From NCBI GenBank assembly GCA_035285545.1, contig JAYKGY010000037.1, positions 1-34,719 on the forward strand: a stretch of DNA of 34,719 nucleotides, in the 5' to 3' direction. This DNA is from Snowella sp. Lineage in GTDB: Bacteria > Cyanobacteriota > Cyanobacteriia > Cyanobacteriales > Microcystaceae. Positions 9,544 through 19,703 of the stretch are shown piece after piece. The notes under the pieces are model-generated. The model did not search any database. It saw nothing but the letters and a program-made list of their open reading frames with translations, and had not been told where the DNA came from. The translations under genes and the position numbers were made by a program. Positions within the stretch are counted from its first letter, which is position 1; every line of letters starts with the position of its first letter.

Positions 9544-10686
9544 TTAACCCTTTTGGGGTTGGACTAAATTTTCTGCACCCTTAATCACTTTGGCAGAAAT
9601 GATTTTATCTTGGTCAGTGAGTTTATCTAGGGTATCTTTCCCTTCAACCGCATAACCAAAAACCGAATAACGACCATCCATCAAATTAAATCCAGGGGGG
9701 GTTAACTCATTGTCGAACTTAAAGAAGAAAAATTGAGACGAGCCACCATTGGGTTCCGTATCAGGACGGGCTAAGGCAACGGCTCCATAGGCATTAAAGG
9801 GTAAGGCCAATTCCGGTAAATACAGCCCATATTCCTCTAAGGTGATGCCATAAATCGGGGCTTCTTCGCCTTTAACTAAAACTTCTAGGGGAATCGCTCG
9901 ATATTGTTTCGTTTTGGGGTCAATAAATCCATCCTCTGGGCCAACCGGATCGCCGGTTTGAATGACAAAATTATCCTCGGCGCGAACAAAGGGTAAACCG
10001 TTATAAAACCCTCGTTGAACCAGATCGACAAAATTTCCGCCGTTAACGGGCGCACTATAGCCATCGACCACAATCGTGACAGGGCCTTGCGTGGTTTCGA
10101 GTTGAACAGTGGCTCGGCCTTTGAGTTGGGGCAAGTTGGCATATTCTTCGGGCACTTCGTAGGCAAATCCCGTCACCATCAGTTGTTCTAGAGAACCGAT
10201 AGTTTCAAGGGCAGTTTTTCGGAGTTCTGCGACTTTTTCTCGATCTTTTTCTTCAACGGCGGTTTGCAGTTGGGTTACTTGATCTTGAATCGTGGTCAAT
10301 AATTGCTCAGCTTGGGGTTGGCGATCGCTGGGAACCCCTTCTAACAATTTATCGTGCTGGACAGTGAGAACAAAATTAGCAGACTTAACATCCTTGGCGA
10401 TCGGAGGCCAACGCTTAGCACGGAGATGATTGTTAATATCTTCCAAAGAAGCCTGTAACTTACGGACAGTCGCATTATCAATCGGGAGAGCGTAGCGGAG
10501 AATGGCATTGGGATCGGTAATCGCATTTCCCTGCGCGAGAGCACTAATTAGGACAGACTTGACCGTTTCACTAGCCCATGCAACTGCTGGCAATGAAAAA
10601 GACAAAATACCGCACAAAAAAGCAACAATGCCGATTTTTAGACATTTTTTAAACATATTTCCCCATTGTTTTGTTAGGTTCTGCAT
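9544..10686 (-). CDS. Cyclophilin-type peptidyl-prolyl isomerase (TLP40/CYP38-like, thylakoid lumen)
   Basis: Signal peptide; ALAQGNAITDPNAILRYALPIDN; VDGYSAPVNGGNFVDLVQRGFY; SSQFFFF; DGRYSVFGY. Confidence 0.92.
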   Translation of the reverse strand: MQNLTKQWGNMFKKCLKIGIVAFLCGILSFSLPAVAWASETVKSVLISALAQGNAITDPNAILRYALPIDNATVRKLQASLEDINNHLRAKRWPPIAKDVKSANFVLTVQHDKLLEGVPSDRQPQAEQLLTTIQDQVTQLQTAVEEKDREKVAELRKTALETIGSLEQLMVTGFAYEVPEEYANLPQLKGRATVQLETTQGPVTIVVDGYSAPVNGGNFVDLVQRGFYNGLPFVRAEDNFVIQTGDPVGPEDGFIDPKTKQYRAIPLEVLVKGEEAPIYGITLEEYGLYLPELALPFNAYGAVALARPDTEPNGGSSQFFFFKFDNELTPPGFNLMDGRYSVFGYAVEGKDTLDKLTDQDKIISAKVIKGAENLVQPQKG

Positions 10687-10797
10687 TACAGTGACTTTCC
10701 ATTTCTAGGCTAAGAGGATATTTGTAAATTTTCCCATTTCTCAGCCCCCTTCCCTAGTACAATATGATTTTGAACTTTCATGGCCTAATCTGATTGC

Positions 10798-11355
10798 ATG
10801 ATTTCCAGTAATGATTTTCGCAGTGGTACAACCATTGAAATTGATGGCGCGGTCTGGCGCGTTGTAGAATTTCTCCACGTTAAACCGGGTAAAGGCTCGG
10901 CGTTTGTTCGGACTAAATTAAAAAATGCCAAAACGGGCAGCGTGGTTGAACGGACATTTCGCGCAGGAGAAACGGTTCCCGCCGCAACCTTAGAAAAAAA
11001 AGCCATGCAACATACTTACAAAGATGGCACTGACTATGTGTTCATGGATTTAGAAACCTATGAAGAAATTCGCATTCTTCCTGAACAGCTTGGCGATCGC
11101 GTGAAATTCCTCAAAGAAGAAATGGAAGTAAATATTCTTTTCTGGAAGGAAAGCGTATTAGATATTGAATTACCGACTTCCGTGATTCTCCAAGTTACCC
11201 AAACCGATCCAGGCGTTAAAGGCGATACCGCAACAGGCGGCTCTAAACCCGCAATTGTGGAAACAGGCGCTCAAATTATGGTTCCGCTGTTTATTTCAGA
11301 AGGTGAACGCATCAAAGTCGATACCAGAGATGGTTCCTATCTCGGTCGAGAATAG
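10798..11355 (+). CDS. efp: Elongation factor P
   Basis: [33 protein letters not shown]. Confidence 0.99.
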   Translation: MISSNDFRSGTTIEIDGAVWRVVEFLHVKPGKGSAFVRTKLKNAKTGSVVERTFRAGETVPAATLEKKAMQHTYKDGTDYVFMDLETYEEIRILPEQLGDRVKFLKEEMEVNILFWKESVLDIELPTSVILQVTQTDPGVKGDTATGGSKPAIVETGAQIMVPLFISEGERIKVDTRDGSYLGRE

Positions 11356-11427
11356 AATTGAGATGGCAAAGACCAGCCGTTAAATTCTCTTTCAATAGTT
11401 TTTTTAGTTGTCAGGGGTGGGTGATTA

Positions 11428-11934
11428 GTGTCTATTAATTTTAATGAACTTCGGGAATTGTTAGGGGCGATCGCGCAAACCGACATTACCGAATTAATCC
11501 TCAAAACCGATACGTTTGAACTGTCAGTCCGTAAAGAAAAGGAACAAGTTCAAGCAATCGCTCCGATTCCCATTTCTCAAGCACCAGCCCCCGTTGCCGC
11601 CCCCCTCACTACGACGGTAGAACCCCCGACTCCGGCGATCGCTGAACCTGCCCCCCCGGTAGAAACGCCCGCACCTTCTCCGATTGACCAAAAATGGACA
11701 CCAATCACCTCGCCAATGGTCGGAACCTTTTACCGCGCCCCTGGCCCCGAAGAACCGCCCTTTGTGGACGTGGGAGACTCCATTCGCAAAGGCCAAACGG
11801 TCTGCATCATCGAAGCCATGAAGTTAATGAACGAAATTGAAGCCGAAATTTCAGGACAAATTATGGAAATCGTCGTAGCTAACGGCGAACCTGTTGAATA
11901 CGGGCAAACGCTCCTGTGGGTCAAAGCAAGCTAA
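11428..11934 (+). CDS. accB: Acetyl-CoA carboxylase biotin carboxyl carrier protein
   Basis: Pro/Ala linker, [17 protein letters not shown] biotinylation motif; efp-accB synteny is typical of cyanobacteria. Confidence 0.98.
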   Translation: MSINFNELRELLGAIAQTDITELILKTDTFELSVRKEKEQVQAIAPIPISQAPAPVAAPLTTTVEPPTPAIAEPAPPVETPAPSPIDQKWTPITSPMVGTFYRAPGPEEPPFVDVGDSIRKGQTVCIIEAMKLMNEIEAEISGQIMEIVVANGEPVEYGQTLLWVKAS

Positions 11935-11964
11935 TTTTTTTGAATTTAACTTAAGCAAACGTCT

Positions 11965-12006
11965 AACATCCTTGAAAGACTTCCTATGGTTCGAGGATGT
12001 TTTTTT
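11965..12006 (+). terminator. Intrinsic terminator after accB
   Basis: AACATCCTTGAA...TTCGAGGATGTT stem followed by a T-run. Confidence 0.65.
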
Positions 12007-12110
12007 ATAATCAGCCATTGAAGATTAGCCCAATTGGGTGAAGTTTCTCGCACGCCGGATCGATAGCATAAAAGTATAAAGAATCATGAGAAGTCGGAGA
12101 GAAAAAAGAG

Positions 12111-12545
12111 ATGAAACGCTTATTGGTCGCTACATTAATGATCCTTCCTTTCACCCTAGGTAGCCCCGTTCAAGCCCAAAACTTAGAACAAGTTCAGCAA
12201 CTTTTAGAAACCAATGAATGTTTTCGCTGTGACTTACAAGGCGTAGATTTAAGCGGTGCTCATTTAATTGGGGCAGACTTACGGGAAGCGAATCTTCAAG
12301 GGGCTAATTTAGATCATGCCAATCTCGAAGGAGCTGATTTAACCGGAGCAAACCTAACAAGTGCAACCTTACAAAATGCAATGGTAACCAACGCCAGCCT
12401 CGATTATGCAAATTTGACAAAAGCAGATTTTGCCTATGCCAAACTTTATGATGTCCAAGTTACAGGAGCCGTCATGGATAATCTTAATATCCAAAATGCA
12501 GAAATTTATAATACGGGAATTGGGGTTGGTGGCAGTGACGAATAG
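12111..12545 (+). CDS. Secreted/lumenal pentapeptide-repeat protein
   Basis: Signal peptide, LLETNECFRCDL, then A(D/N)LxG repeats. Confidence 0.93.
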   Translation: MKRLLVATLMILPFTLGSPVQAQNLEQVQQLLETNECFRCDLQGVDLSGAHLIGADLREANLQGANLDHANLEGADLTGANLTSATLQNAMVTNASLDYANLTKADFAYAKLYDVQVTGAVMDNLNIQNAEIYNTGIGVGGSDE

Positions 12546-12556
12546 CCCGTCAATTT

Positions 12557-13573
12557 TCACTCAGCTTTGACAACAGCCTTAACCTCATGCTCTAAGGGAT
12601 TTCCCTGTTCAAAGGCGGTTAAGTTAGCAACAGTGGTTTGAGAAATATCCTTTAAGGCATTTTCAGTAAAAAAGGCTTGATGGGCCGTAATTACGACATT
12701 GGTAAAGGATTGTAGCAACTGAAACGTATCATCCTGAATAATGGTTCCCGAAAGATCCTCAAAAAACAGTTCGTCTTCTTCTTCATAGACATCGATTCCT
12801 AAATAGCCGATTTGTCCCGATTTAATTCCTTCGATAACGGCTTTGGTATTTACCAATTTGCCCCGACTGGTATTAATTAGCATCATTCCTGGTTTCATCT
12901 GCGCGATCGCGTCCTGATTGACTAAATGATGGGTTTCGGGCAATAAGGGACAATGGAGCGAAATAATATCAGATTGCTGCCAAATTTCGTCTAACGATAC
13001 ATAACGAGCATCCCCAATCTTTTCAAAATTCGCATTGGGATAGGCATCATAGCCCAACAGATGACAACCAAAGCCAGCCATAATTTGAGCGAAAATCTGA
13101 CCAATCTTTCCCGTTCCAATCACGCCAACAGTGCGCCCCCGCAGATCAAATCCGAGCAATCCATCCAAAGCAAAATTATCATCCCGAACCCGATTGTAGG
13201 CACGATATAACTTACGATTCAGCATTAAAATTAAGCCAACCGCGTGTTCCGCTACCGAATAGGGCGAATAGGCCGATACCCGCACCACTTTTACGCCTAA
13301 TTCAGCCGCTTTCTGCAAATTAACATTGTTAAATCCCGTACACCGCAGTGCAACTAATTTTGTCCCCTGAGCCGCCAGAATTTCTAACGTTTCCTCTCCT
13401 ACTTCATCATTGACAAATACACAAACTGCTGGGAATCCTGCCGCTAGGGATGCGGTTTGGGGTTCTAATCGTGTCTCAAAGTAAACCAATTCATGATTAG
13501 CTTGAGCCGTCAGGTTGGCTTGATCTAAAAATTGGCGATCATAGGATTTGGTACTGAAAACAGCGACTTTCAT
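12557..13573 (-). CDS. ldhA: D-lactate dehydrogenase (D-2-hydroxyacid dehydrogenase)
   Basis: LRCTGFNNV, YSPYSVAEHA, GTGKIG, INTSRG, DVYEEE, TAHQAFFT. Confidence 0.9.
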   Translation of the reverse strand: MKVAVFSTKSYDRQFLDQANLTAQANHELVYFETRLEPQTASLAAGFPAVCVFVNDEVGEETLEILAAQGTKLVALRCTGFNNVNLQKAAELGVKVVRVSAYSPYSVAEHAVGLILMLNRKLYRAYNRVRDDNFALDGLLGFDLRGRTVGVIGTGKIGQIFAQIMAGFGCHLLGYDAYPNANFEKIGDARYVSLDEIWQQSDIISLHCPLLPETHHLVNQDAIAQMKPGMMLINTSRGKLVNTKAVIEGIKSGQIGYLGIDVYEEEDELFFEDLSGTIIQDDTFQLLQSFTNVVITAHQAFFTENALKDISQTTVANLTAFEQGNPLEHEVKAVVKAE

Positions 13574-13674
13574 CAGTAAGAAATTGGGTTTAGAATGTAA
13601 TCAAACACGATAATTGTAACGATAATCAGCAAAAAAGCTAGGTGTTGAAGGATTCATTTTTTACTGGCTGTGAT

Positions 13675-13887
13675 TTACATTATTTTTGTCAATTCATCTG
13701 CTAAATTCCTTAGGGCATCGGTCGCTAAGAGGGTTTGATAAACGGTTGTAGGATCACTAGGAGACGTAATCGCGGTTTGTCCTTGCGCGATCGCCGCTTC
13801 TTGACCATAGCGATCAAAATTGGGCAGAGGTTGACCAAAATACTGGATACCTTGGCAGAAAACAGGAATGGCACTGGCAACGGTCAT
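13675..13887 (-). pseudogene. N-terminal fragment of a cyanobacterial phosphoketolase-type (transketolase-fold) protein
   Basis: FCQGIQYFGQPLPNF..YG...AI..GQTAI..P.DP..VYQTLLATDALR resembles the N-terminus of roughly 730-aa cyanobacterial phosphoketolases as I recall them; it stops after 70 aa. Confidence 0.7.
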
Positions 13888-14167
13888 AGCAAGTTAACGT
13901 CCTAGTCACTCTAAAAAATTCGTCTTAGTCAATCTTAGCGTCTTGTATACAATGATTCTGTTTTATGGTTTTTATCTTTATTATAGAAAATATTGAATAT
14001 AGACAGTAAGTTACGAAGAATGACAAAGATCTTAAAAGTAAAGCGTATATTGAGGATGGATTCGTAAAGCCCCTGCTGAAAAACAAGTTATTTGTAATGC
14101 TTACGATTGTGTCATTTTAAATTGGCATGAAAATAACGAAGTTTTTTAACAAATTAAAATAACGCAA

Positions 14168-14752
14168 TCACTGTAGATCTTTAAGAAAATCCTGTAATTT
14201 TTTAAATGATGGACAGCGTTGAGAACAAAGGTCTAAATCAAGCATTTTTGCTAACTCAACATTCATATTAGTGCTATAACGAGGTTTTCTATTTTCTCCT
14301 TTTGACAAATTGATTAATGCTTCTTTAGGTTTAGGTAGTAAATGAGGATTATTACTTGCTTCTCCTTTACCACGTCCGACGTGTTTTATTACTTTTGGAT
14401 CAGACCAAAACCAGGCTTCTAATTCTTCGATAGGAATGCAAATATGCTTTTCAATATTGTGAAATTTCAAAATAGACTGTTCCAAACTTGTGCGTAGTTT
14501 AACTTCATCCTTGAGAGAGCCATTAGTAGGATTTCGGTCTAAATCATGGATAATAATAAATACATTACAACCCTTGTCTAACAAAGTATTAATGGTTGCG
14601 GTAAGTTTCTTTCTTAACGTACTACAACCACCATTACTAGGACTCCATTTTTTTAGTCCAATATCTTCTCCTAACACGCGATGGATAATCTCGCGCACCG
14701 CCTCATAGTCCGTATCATCTTCAACAATCAGGCCAACTTTTAATTTAGTCAT
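14168..14752 (-). CDS. DUF4276-family protein (TOPRIM-like putative nuclease)
   Basis: Likely start MTKLKVGLIVEDDTD overlaps the ATPase stop (14745-14752); HDLD, IPIEELEAWF and CPSF motifs. Confidence 0.78.
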   Translation of the reverse strand: MTKLKVGLIVEDDTDYEAVREIIHRVLGEDIGLKKWSPSNGGCSTLRKKLTATINTLLDKGCNVFIIIHDLDRNPTNGSLKDEVKLRTSLEQSILKFHNIEKHICIPIEELEAWFWSDPKVIKHVGRGKGEASNNPHLLPKPKEALINLSKGENRKPRYSTNMNVELAKMLDLDLCSQRCPSFKKLQDFLKDLQ

Positions 14753-15947
14753 CAAGAATTCCGCTATAAATCCAGTCGCCCAAGCTACCTTCTTCATTCA
14801 GGTAATTAGCGACATTATGAATTTCATCTTCTCCTAACTTCTGCACAAAAGTTCGTCCGTTTTCACGGTAAACTAAATTGATTTTGTCAGGTTTTGTCCA
14901 AGAAACAACTTGAGGAGAATGAGTAGATAAAATTAAATTTTGTCCATAAGTATAGGATTCAATTTCATTAAGTAACTTTTCTAACATACCTGGGTGAATT
15001 TGCGTTTCAGGTTCTTCAATAATTATCATTTCTGTTGAAGATGAAGTGATAATTTCTAAAAGAATTGATAAAACTCTAAGTGTTCCATCAGAGAGTAATC
15101 CAATATTAACTTCATCTAACAATACTTCTAAAAGATATTCTTTGTCTTTATCAGTACGGACAAATTGTTGCTCAGTTATTTTTTTGCCAATTCCAACTCT
15201 TTGGCAAACGCTTTCAAGCTCATCAAAGTCTTCTTTTTCTATAAGACGATGAATAAGCATAGGCAACCAAGATGATAATTCCCCCGCAGAAATGGGAATA
15301 ACACGGATATCACTTGATCTAACTCGTAAATAAGAAGGATAACGTTGGGAACTTCGACGGGTAGGACGTTTACCAATAAGACTAAAACCTCTTAAAACGG
15401 AACGAACCCAGTGCATTTCACTTGGTAACTTTAAGCTTAAGTTTTCAGGCAAATTTGCTCGTTGTAGAGAACTAGTATTGCCAAGAATCACAGTGATTGG
15501 ATTATCTTCATTTTCAATAGTTGTTACTCCACTTTCAGTTTTCCAAATTGTTTCCTTATTTTGATCAAGATATTGACAGCATTCGTTCCATGAAAATTCT
15601 TCTGCTGTACCATCCTCTATCGAACTATTTAGGCTCAAGTCATCTTCTAAATTTATTTGTCTTAGCAGTTCATATCTATACAGAAAACGACGACTAGTTG
15701 GAGACAAAATTTCAATCTCTAATATTTTGGGAATATTATCATCATCAAAAAATGGTCGTAAACGATTACGTCCACTGGCAAAGCTTGTAATTGCCATTAA
15801 TCCTTCAAGAATAGCTGATTTTCCTGCACCATTACGTCCAACTAAAACCGCAACACCATCATTCAAAGAAATCGTTACTGGCCCACCTAAAACAGACCAG
15901 CCATCAAGCGTAAAAGATAAAAGTCGTGGTTGGTTTGTCTCTGACAC
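14745..15947 (-). CDS. ABC/AAA_21-type ATPase (likely GTG start at 15947; the ORF-track start at 16016 lies in the groEL terminator)
   Basis: Walker A GRNGAGKS, signature LSDGT, Walker B IIEEPETQIHP, H-loop STHS, C-terminal SLGDWIYSG. Confidence 0.88.
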   Translation of the reverse strand: MSETNQPRLLSFTLDGWSVLGGPVTISLNDGVAVLVGRNGAGKSAILEGLMAITSFASGRNRLRPFFDDDNIPKILEIEILSPTSRRFLYRYELLRQINLEDDLSLNSSIEDGTAEEFSWNECCQYLDQNKETIWKTESGVTTIENEDNPITVILGNTSSLQRANLPENLSLKLPSEMHWVRSVLRGFSLIGKRPTRRSSQRYPSYLRVRSSDIRVIPISAGELSSWLPMLIHRLIEKEDFDELESVCQRVGIGKKITEQQFVRTDKDKEYLLEVLLDEVNIGLLSDGTLRVLSILLEIITSSSTEMIIIEEPETQIHPGMLEKLLNEIESYTYGQNLILSTHSPQVVSWTKPDKINLVYRENGRTFVQKLGEDEIHNVANYLNEEGSLGDWIYSGILDD

Positions 15948-16010
15948 AATGATTTTCCTGCCAATGCTGACTTTTCTATTCAATCTTAACTGACGATAGC
16001 GATGATTTTG

Positions 16011-16038
16011 AAACAAAAAAGGAGCCGAAGCCCCTTTT
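16011..16038 (-). terminator. Intrinsic terminator of groESL
   Basis: Minus strand AAAAGGGGC-TTCG-GCTCCTTTT-TTGTTT. Confidence 0.85.
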
Positions 16039-16060
16039 AAATTAGTTAGTTTAGATAACC

Positions 16061-17689
16061 TTAGTAGTCGAAGTCGCCGCCACCGGGAGCACCTGCGGGA
16101 GCTTTCTCTTTTTCAGGCTTATCAACAACAATACATTCGGTGGTTAAGACCATACCTGCAATAGAAGCCGCATTTTGCAGCGCAGAACGGGTAACTTTAG
16201 CAGGGTCAACGATACCAGCCGCGATCATGTCGGTGTATTCGTTGTTAGCCGCGTTGAAGCCAGTGTTGAAGTCTTTTTCTTTAACGCGCTCAGCCACAAC
16301 CGCACCGTTTTGACCAGCGTTTTCAGCAATCCGTTTTAAGGGAGCGGGTAACGCACGAGCAACAATTAAGCCACCCGTTAACTCTTCGTTGGTTAAGTTC
16401 GCATTCGCCCATTCTTCGAGTTGGGGAGCGAGGTGAGCGTAGGTTGTACCACCACCAGGAACGATACCTTCTTCAACAGCCGCTTTGGTTGCGTTGATGG
16501 CATCTTCTAAGCGGAGTTTGCGGTCTTTCATTTCGGTTTCGGTCGCAGCACCGACTTTGATGACAGCCACGCCACCCGCTAATTTAGCAAGGCGTTCTTG
16601 GAGTTTTTCTTTATCGTAGGAAGATTCGGTTTCTTCGATTTGACGACGAATTTGTTCGATCCGCGCTTTAACTGCCGCTTCGTTACCTTCGGCAACAATA
16701 GTGGTGGTGTCTTTGGTGATATTGAGACGGCGAGCTTTACCGAGACTTTCAACCTTGGTGGTTTCGAGTTTTAGACCGGCATCTTCACTGATCACTTGAC
16801 CACCCGTTAAGATGGCGATGTCTTCTAACATTTGCTTACGGCGATCGCCAAAGCCAGGAGCTTTAACCGCAGCCACGTTGAGAACACCGCGTAAACGGTT
16901 AACCACTAAAGTAGCAAGAGCTTCTTTCTCAATGTCTTCCGCAATGATTAAGAGGGGCTTACCTTGACGAGCAACTTGTTCTAAAACAGGTACTAAGTCT
17001 TGAACTAAGTTGATTTTTTTGTCGGTAATTAAGATGAAGGGATCTTCTAAAACCGCTTCCATGCGTTCGGGATCGGTTACGAAGTAGGGAGAGATATAAC
17101 CTTTGTCGAAGCGCATCCCTTCAGTGATTTCGAGTTCGGTGGTCATGGACTTGCCTTCTTCAAGGGAAATAACGCCCTCTTTGCCGACTTTATCCATGGC
17201 GTTGGCAATCATTTGACCCACTTCTTCATCGTTACCCGCAGAAATCGCACCAACTTGCGCGATCGCCTTGGAATCTTCAACGGGTTTCGCGTGTTCAGCA
17301 ATCCGTTCAACTAAGAATTCAGTGGCTTTGTCGATACCGCGTTTGAGAGCAATCGGATTAGCACCCGCAGCGACGTTGCGTAAACCTTCTTTAACAATGG
17401 CGTGGGCAAGAACCGTTGCAGTGGTGGTTCCGTCTCCAGCGACATCATTGGTTTTAGAAGCGGCTTGACGAATCAGAGAAACCCCTGTATTTTCGATATG
17501 ATCGTCTAATTCAATTTCTTTAGCGATGGTGACTCCGTCATTGATAATTTGGGGAGCACCAAATTTTTTTTCGAGGACAACGTTACGACCTTTGGGGCCA
17601 AGGGTTACGGCAACAGCTTCAGCGAGAGTATCGATACCTCTTTCAAGGGCACGACGAGCTTCGTCATTATAGATGATGGATTTAGCCAT
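16061..17689 (-). CDS. groEL: Chaperonin GroEL (GroEL1)
   Basis: [31 protein letters not shown]-terminal GGDFDY typical of cyanobacterial GroEL1. Confidence 0.99.
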   Translation of the reverse strand: MAKSIIYNDEARRALERGIDTLAEAVAVTLGPKGRNVVLEKKFGAPQIINDGVTIAKEIELDDHIENTGVSLIRQAASKTNDVAGDGTTTATVLAHAIVKEGLRNVAAGANPIALKRGIDKATEFLVERIAEHAKPVEDSKAIAQVGAISAGNDEEVGQMIANAMDKVGKEGVISLEEGKSMTTELEITEGMRFDKGYISPYFVTDPERMEAVLEDPFILITDKKINLVQDLVPVLEQVARQGKPLLIIAEDIEKEALATLVVNRLRGVLNVAAVKAPGFGDRRKQMLEDIAILTGGQVISEDAGLKLETTKVESLGKARRLNITKDTTTIVAEGNEAAVKARIEQIRRQIEETESSYDKEKLQERLAKLAGGVAVIKVGAATETEMKDRKLRLEDAINATKAAVEEGIVPGGGTTYAHLAPQLEEWANANLTNEELTGGLIVARALPAPLKRIAENAGQNGAVVAERVKEKDFNTGFNAANNEYTDMIAAGIVDPAKVTRSALQNAASIAGMVLTTECIVVDKPEKEKAPAGAPGGGDFDY

Positions 17690-17770
17690 AGGAATACAAC
17701 CTTTTGAAGTAAGTAAATTTGGAGTTGAAGAGTTTTAGGTGAGTTAAGCGGCTTAAGACAAGCTAAAGGC

Positions 17771-18082
17771 TTAGATAACAGACGCTAAGATGTCTTTCTC
17801 AGTGAGCAGAACGTAGTCTTCACCACCGAGTTTGATGTCGGTTCCTGCATATTTGGAGTAAAGAACTTTGTCGCCAACACCGATGTCTAAGGGAGAACGG
17901 CTGCCGTCATCATTGCGTTTGCCAGGGCCAACAGCTACGACTTCACCGACTTGGGGTTTTTCTTTAGCGTTGTCGGGAAGGTAGATACCACCAGCGGTTT
18001 TTTCTTCCGAGGGGCTAACTTTGACGAATACGCGATCGCCTAAAGGTTTTACAGTAGTAACGTTAATACTAATAGCTGCCAT
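17771..18082 (-). CDS. groES: Co-chaperonin GroES
   Basis: [39 protein letters not shown] upstream. Confidence 0.99.
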   Translation of the reverse strand: MAAISINVTTVKPLGDRVFVKVSPSEEKTAGGIYLPDNAKEKPQVGEVVAVGPGKRNDDGSRSPLDIGVGDKVLYSKYAGTDIKLGGEDYVLLTEKDILASVI

Positions 18083-18164
18083 AGATAATCATCCTCCTGA
18101 AGAGGTTAGGATAGGAGACGGTTACAAGTTAAAAATGTAAGGGATTAAACTTACCTTTATCAGG

Positions 18165-18191
18165 TTAGCACTCTCACCTCACGAGTGCTAA
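18165..18191. promoter_or_regulatory. CIRCE element (HrcA operator)
   Basis: Perfect TTAGCACTC-N9-GAGTGCTAA upstream of groES. It overlaps a plausible minus-strand promoter: TTGCAA (18219-18214), 18 nt, TAAATT (18195-18190). Confidence 0.97.
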
Positions 18192-18230
18192 TTTAGCCAA
18201 TTTCCCTGACCCATTGCAACACCCGTTTAA

Positions 18231-18246
18231 GTGTGGTTTCCCGAAC
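18231..18246 (-). promoter_or_regulatory. K-box upstream of groESL
   Basis: Minus strand GTTCGGGAAACCACAC fits the cyanobacterial K-box GTTCGG-NNAN-CCNNAC. Confidence 0.8.
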
Positions 18247-18268
18247 TTAACCGTCTTGTACGGGGTAT

Positions 18269-18310
18269 GTCAATTTTGATACCACTTATAAAGTTCAAAA
18301 AGACTAAGGT
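18269..18310 (+). promoter_or_regulatory. Probable NtcA-activated class II promoter of the guanidine operon
   Basis: GTC-N8-TAC (18269-18282, one mismatch to GTA-N8-TAC), 22 nt, then TAAGGT (TAN3T, 18305-18310), immediately before the riboswitch. Confidence 0.6.
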
Positions 18311-18319
18311 CAAAGAAAT

Positions 18320-18444
18320 GCTTCTAGGGTTCCGATTTAAGATTCACTTTTTAAATGTCAGGTCCGAGAGAAGCTGGCTAGTTTTGTAACAATCACGAAT
18401 TTCTGACCCAAGCTGGCTACACGGCGGGATAAAAGCCCGGGAGA
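18320..18444 (+). ncRNA. Guanidine-I (ykkC-yxkD) riboswitch aptamer
   Basis: CTAGGGTTCCG...GGTCCGAGAG...TACACGGCGGGATAAAAGCCCGGGAG consensus blocks, directly 5' of a guanidine hydrolase gene. Confidence 0.95.
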
Positions 18445-18511
18445 CTTTAATCAAACTGATTCGGTTGATTTCAATCAGTCTTGTTGGAGTTTCCTGGGCA
18501 TATTGTTTTTT
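18435..18511 (+). terminator. Riboswitch expression-platform terminator
   Basis: GCCCGGGAGACT (18435-18446, 3' end of the aptamer) pairs with AGTTTCCTGGGC (18488-18499), followed by ATATTGTTTTTT. Confidence 0.7.
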
Positions 18512-18523
18512 GAGGTAAAATTC

Positions 18524-19702
18524 ATGTCCGAGCAACCATCTTTTCAACCGCCTCATTCATCAGAGGCTGAACGTGCCCTAGAAAAAGAACGTCAGTTACC
18601 CTTAACGGGTTGGCAACAGGAAGTGTCTCAGGGCTTAGCCTACGGTTTAGAGGCTGCTGATAGTATCCGCGATCGCAGTATCCCCACTTTTTCGAGGGGA
18701 GAATTACCCCACTATGCGGGCATTAATACCTTCATGAAAGCCCCGTATTTGGAGGATGTGCGTAAAGTCGGAGACTATGACGTGGCGATTATGGGCGTTC
18801 CCCATGATTCTGGTACAACCTATCGACCCGGAACCCGTTTTGGCCCCCAAGGCATTCGTCGCATTTCCGCCCTTTATACCCCTTACAATTTTGAATTAGG
18901 TGTTGATCTCCGCGAACAAATTACCCTTTGTGATGTGGGTGATGTCTTTACCATTCCTGCCAATAATGAAAAATCCTTTGATCAAATTTCTAAAGGGGTT
19001 GCCCATGTCTTTAGCTCAGGAGCTTTCCCCATTATTTTAGGTGGCGATCACTCCATTGGTTTTCCCACAGTGCGCGGTATTTGTCGTCATTTAGGCGATA
19101 AAAAAGTTGGCATTATTCACTTCGATCGCCATGTGGATACCCAGGAAACCGACTTAGATGAACGGATGCACACCTGTCCCTGGTTTCACGCAACCAACAT
19201 GAAAAATGCTCCCGCCAAAAACCTGGTTCAATTGGGGATAGGCGGTTGGCAAGTGCCTCGTCAAGGCGTAAAAGTTTGTCGGGAAAGAGCAACAAATATT
19301 CTGACGGTTACCGATATTGTGGAACGGGGCATTGATGCCGCCGCCGAATTTGCCCTTGAACGTGCGCTTGATGGAACCGATTGTGTTTGGATTAGTTTTG
19401 ATATTGATTGCATTGACGCGGGATTTGTCCCAGGAACAGGCTGGCCCGAACCAGGCGGATTACTCCCCCGTGAAGCCTTGACATTATTAGGCAAAATTAT
19501 TCAAAAAGCCCCTATTTGCGGGATGGAAGTCGTCGAAGTTTCACCGCCCTACGATATCAGCGATATGACTTCTTTAATGGCGACTCGCGTGATCTGTGAT
19601 GCGATGGCCCATTTAGTTATTTCGGGTCAGTTACCCCGCAAGGAAAAACCCTACTACATTCATCCTGAAGCCAATATGGCCGTCGATGAGCCTTGGACAT
19701 AA
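18524..19702 (+). CDS. gdmH: Ni-dependent guanidine hydrolase (arginase/agmatinase superfamily, Sll1077-like)
   Basis: GGDHSIG, HFDRHVD, HTCPWF, FDIDCIDAGFVPGTGWPEPGG; riboswitch upstream and HypA/HypB-like genes downstream. ATG at 18524 follows a GAGG RBS. Confidence 0.92.
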   Translation: MSEQPSFQPPHSSEAERALEKERQLPLTGWQQEVSQGLAYGLEAADSIRDRSIPTFSRGELPHYAGINTFMKAPYLEDVRKVGDYDVAIMGVPHDSGTTYRPGTRFGPQGIRRISALYTPYNFELGVDLREQITLCDVGDVFTIPANNEKSFDQISKGVAHVFSSGAFPIILGGDHSIGFPTVRGICRHLGDKKVGIIHFDRHVDTQETDLDERMHTCPWFHATNMKNAPAKNLVQLGIGGWQVPRQGVKVCRERATNILTVTDIVERGIDAAAEFALERALDGTDCVWISFDIDCIDAGFVPGTGWPEPGGLLPREALTLLGKIIQKAPICGMEVVEVSPPYDISDMTSLMATRVICDAMAHLVISGQLPRKEKPYYIHPEANMAVDEPWT

Positions 19703-19703
19703 T

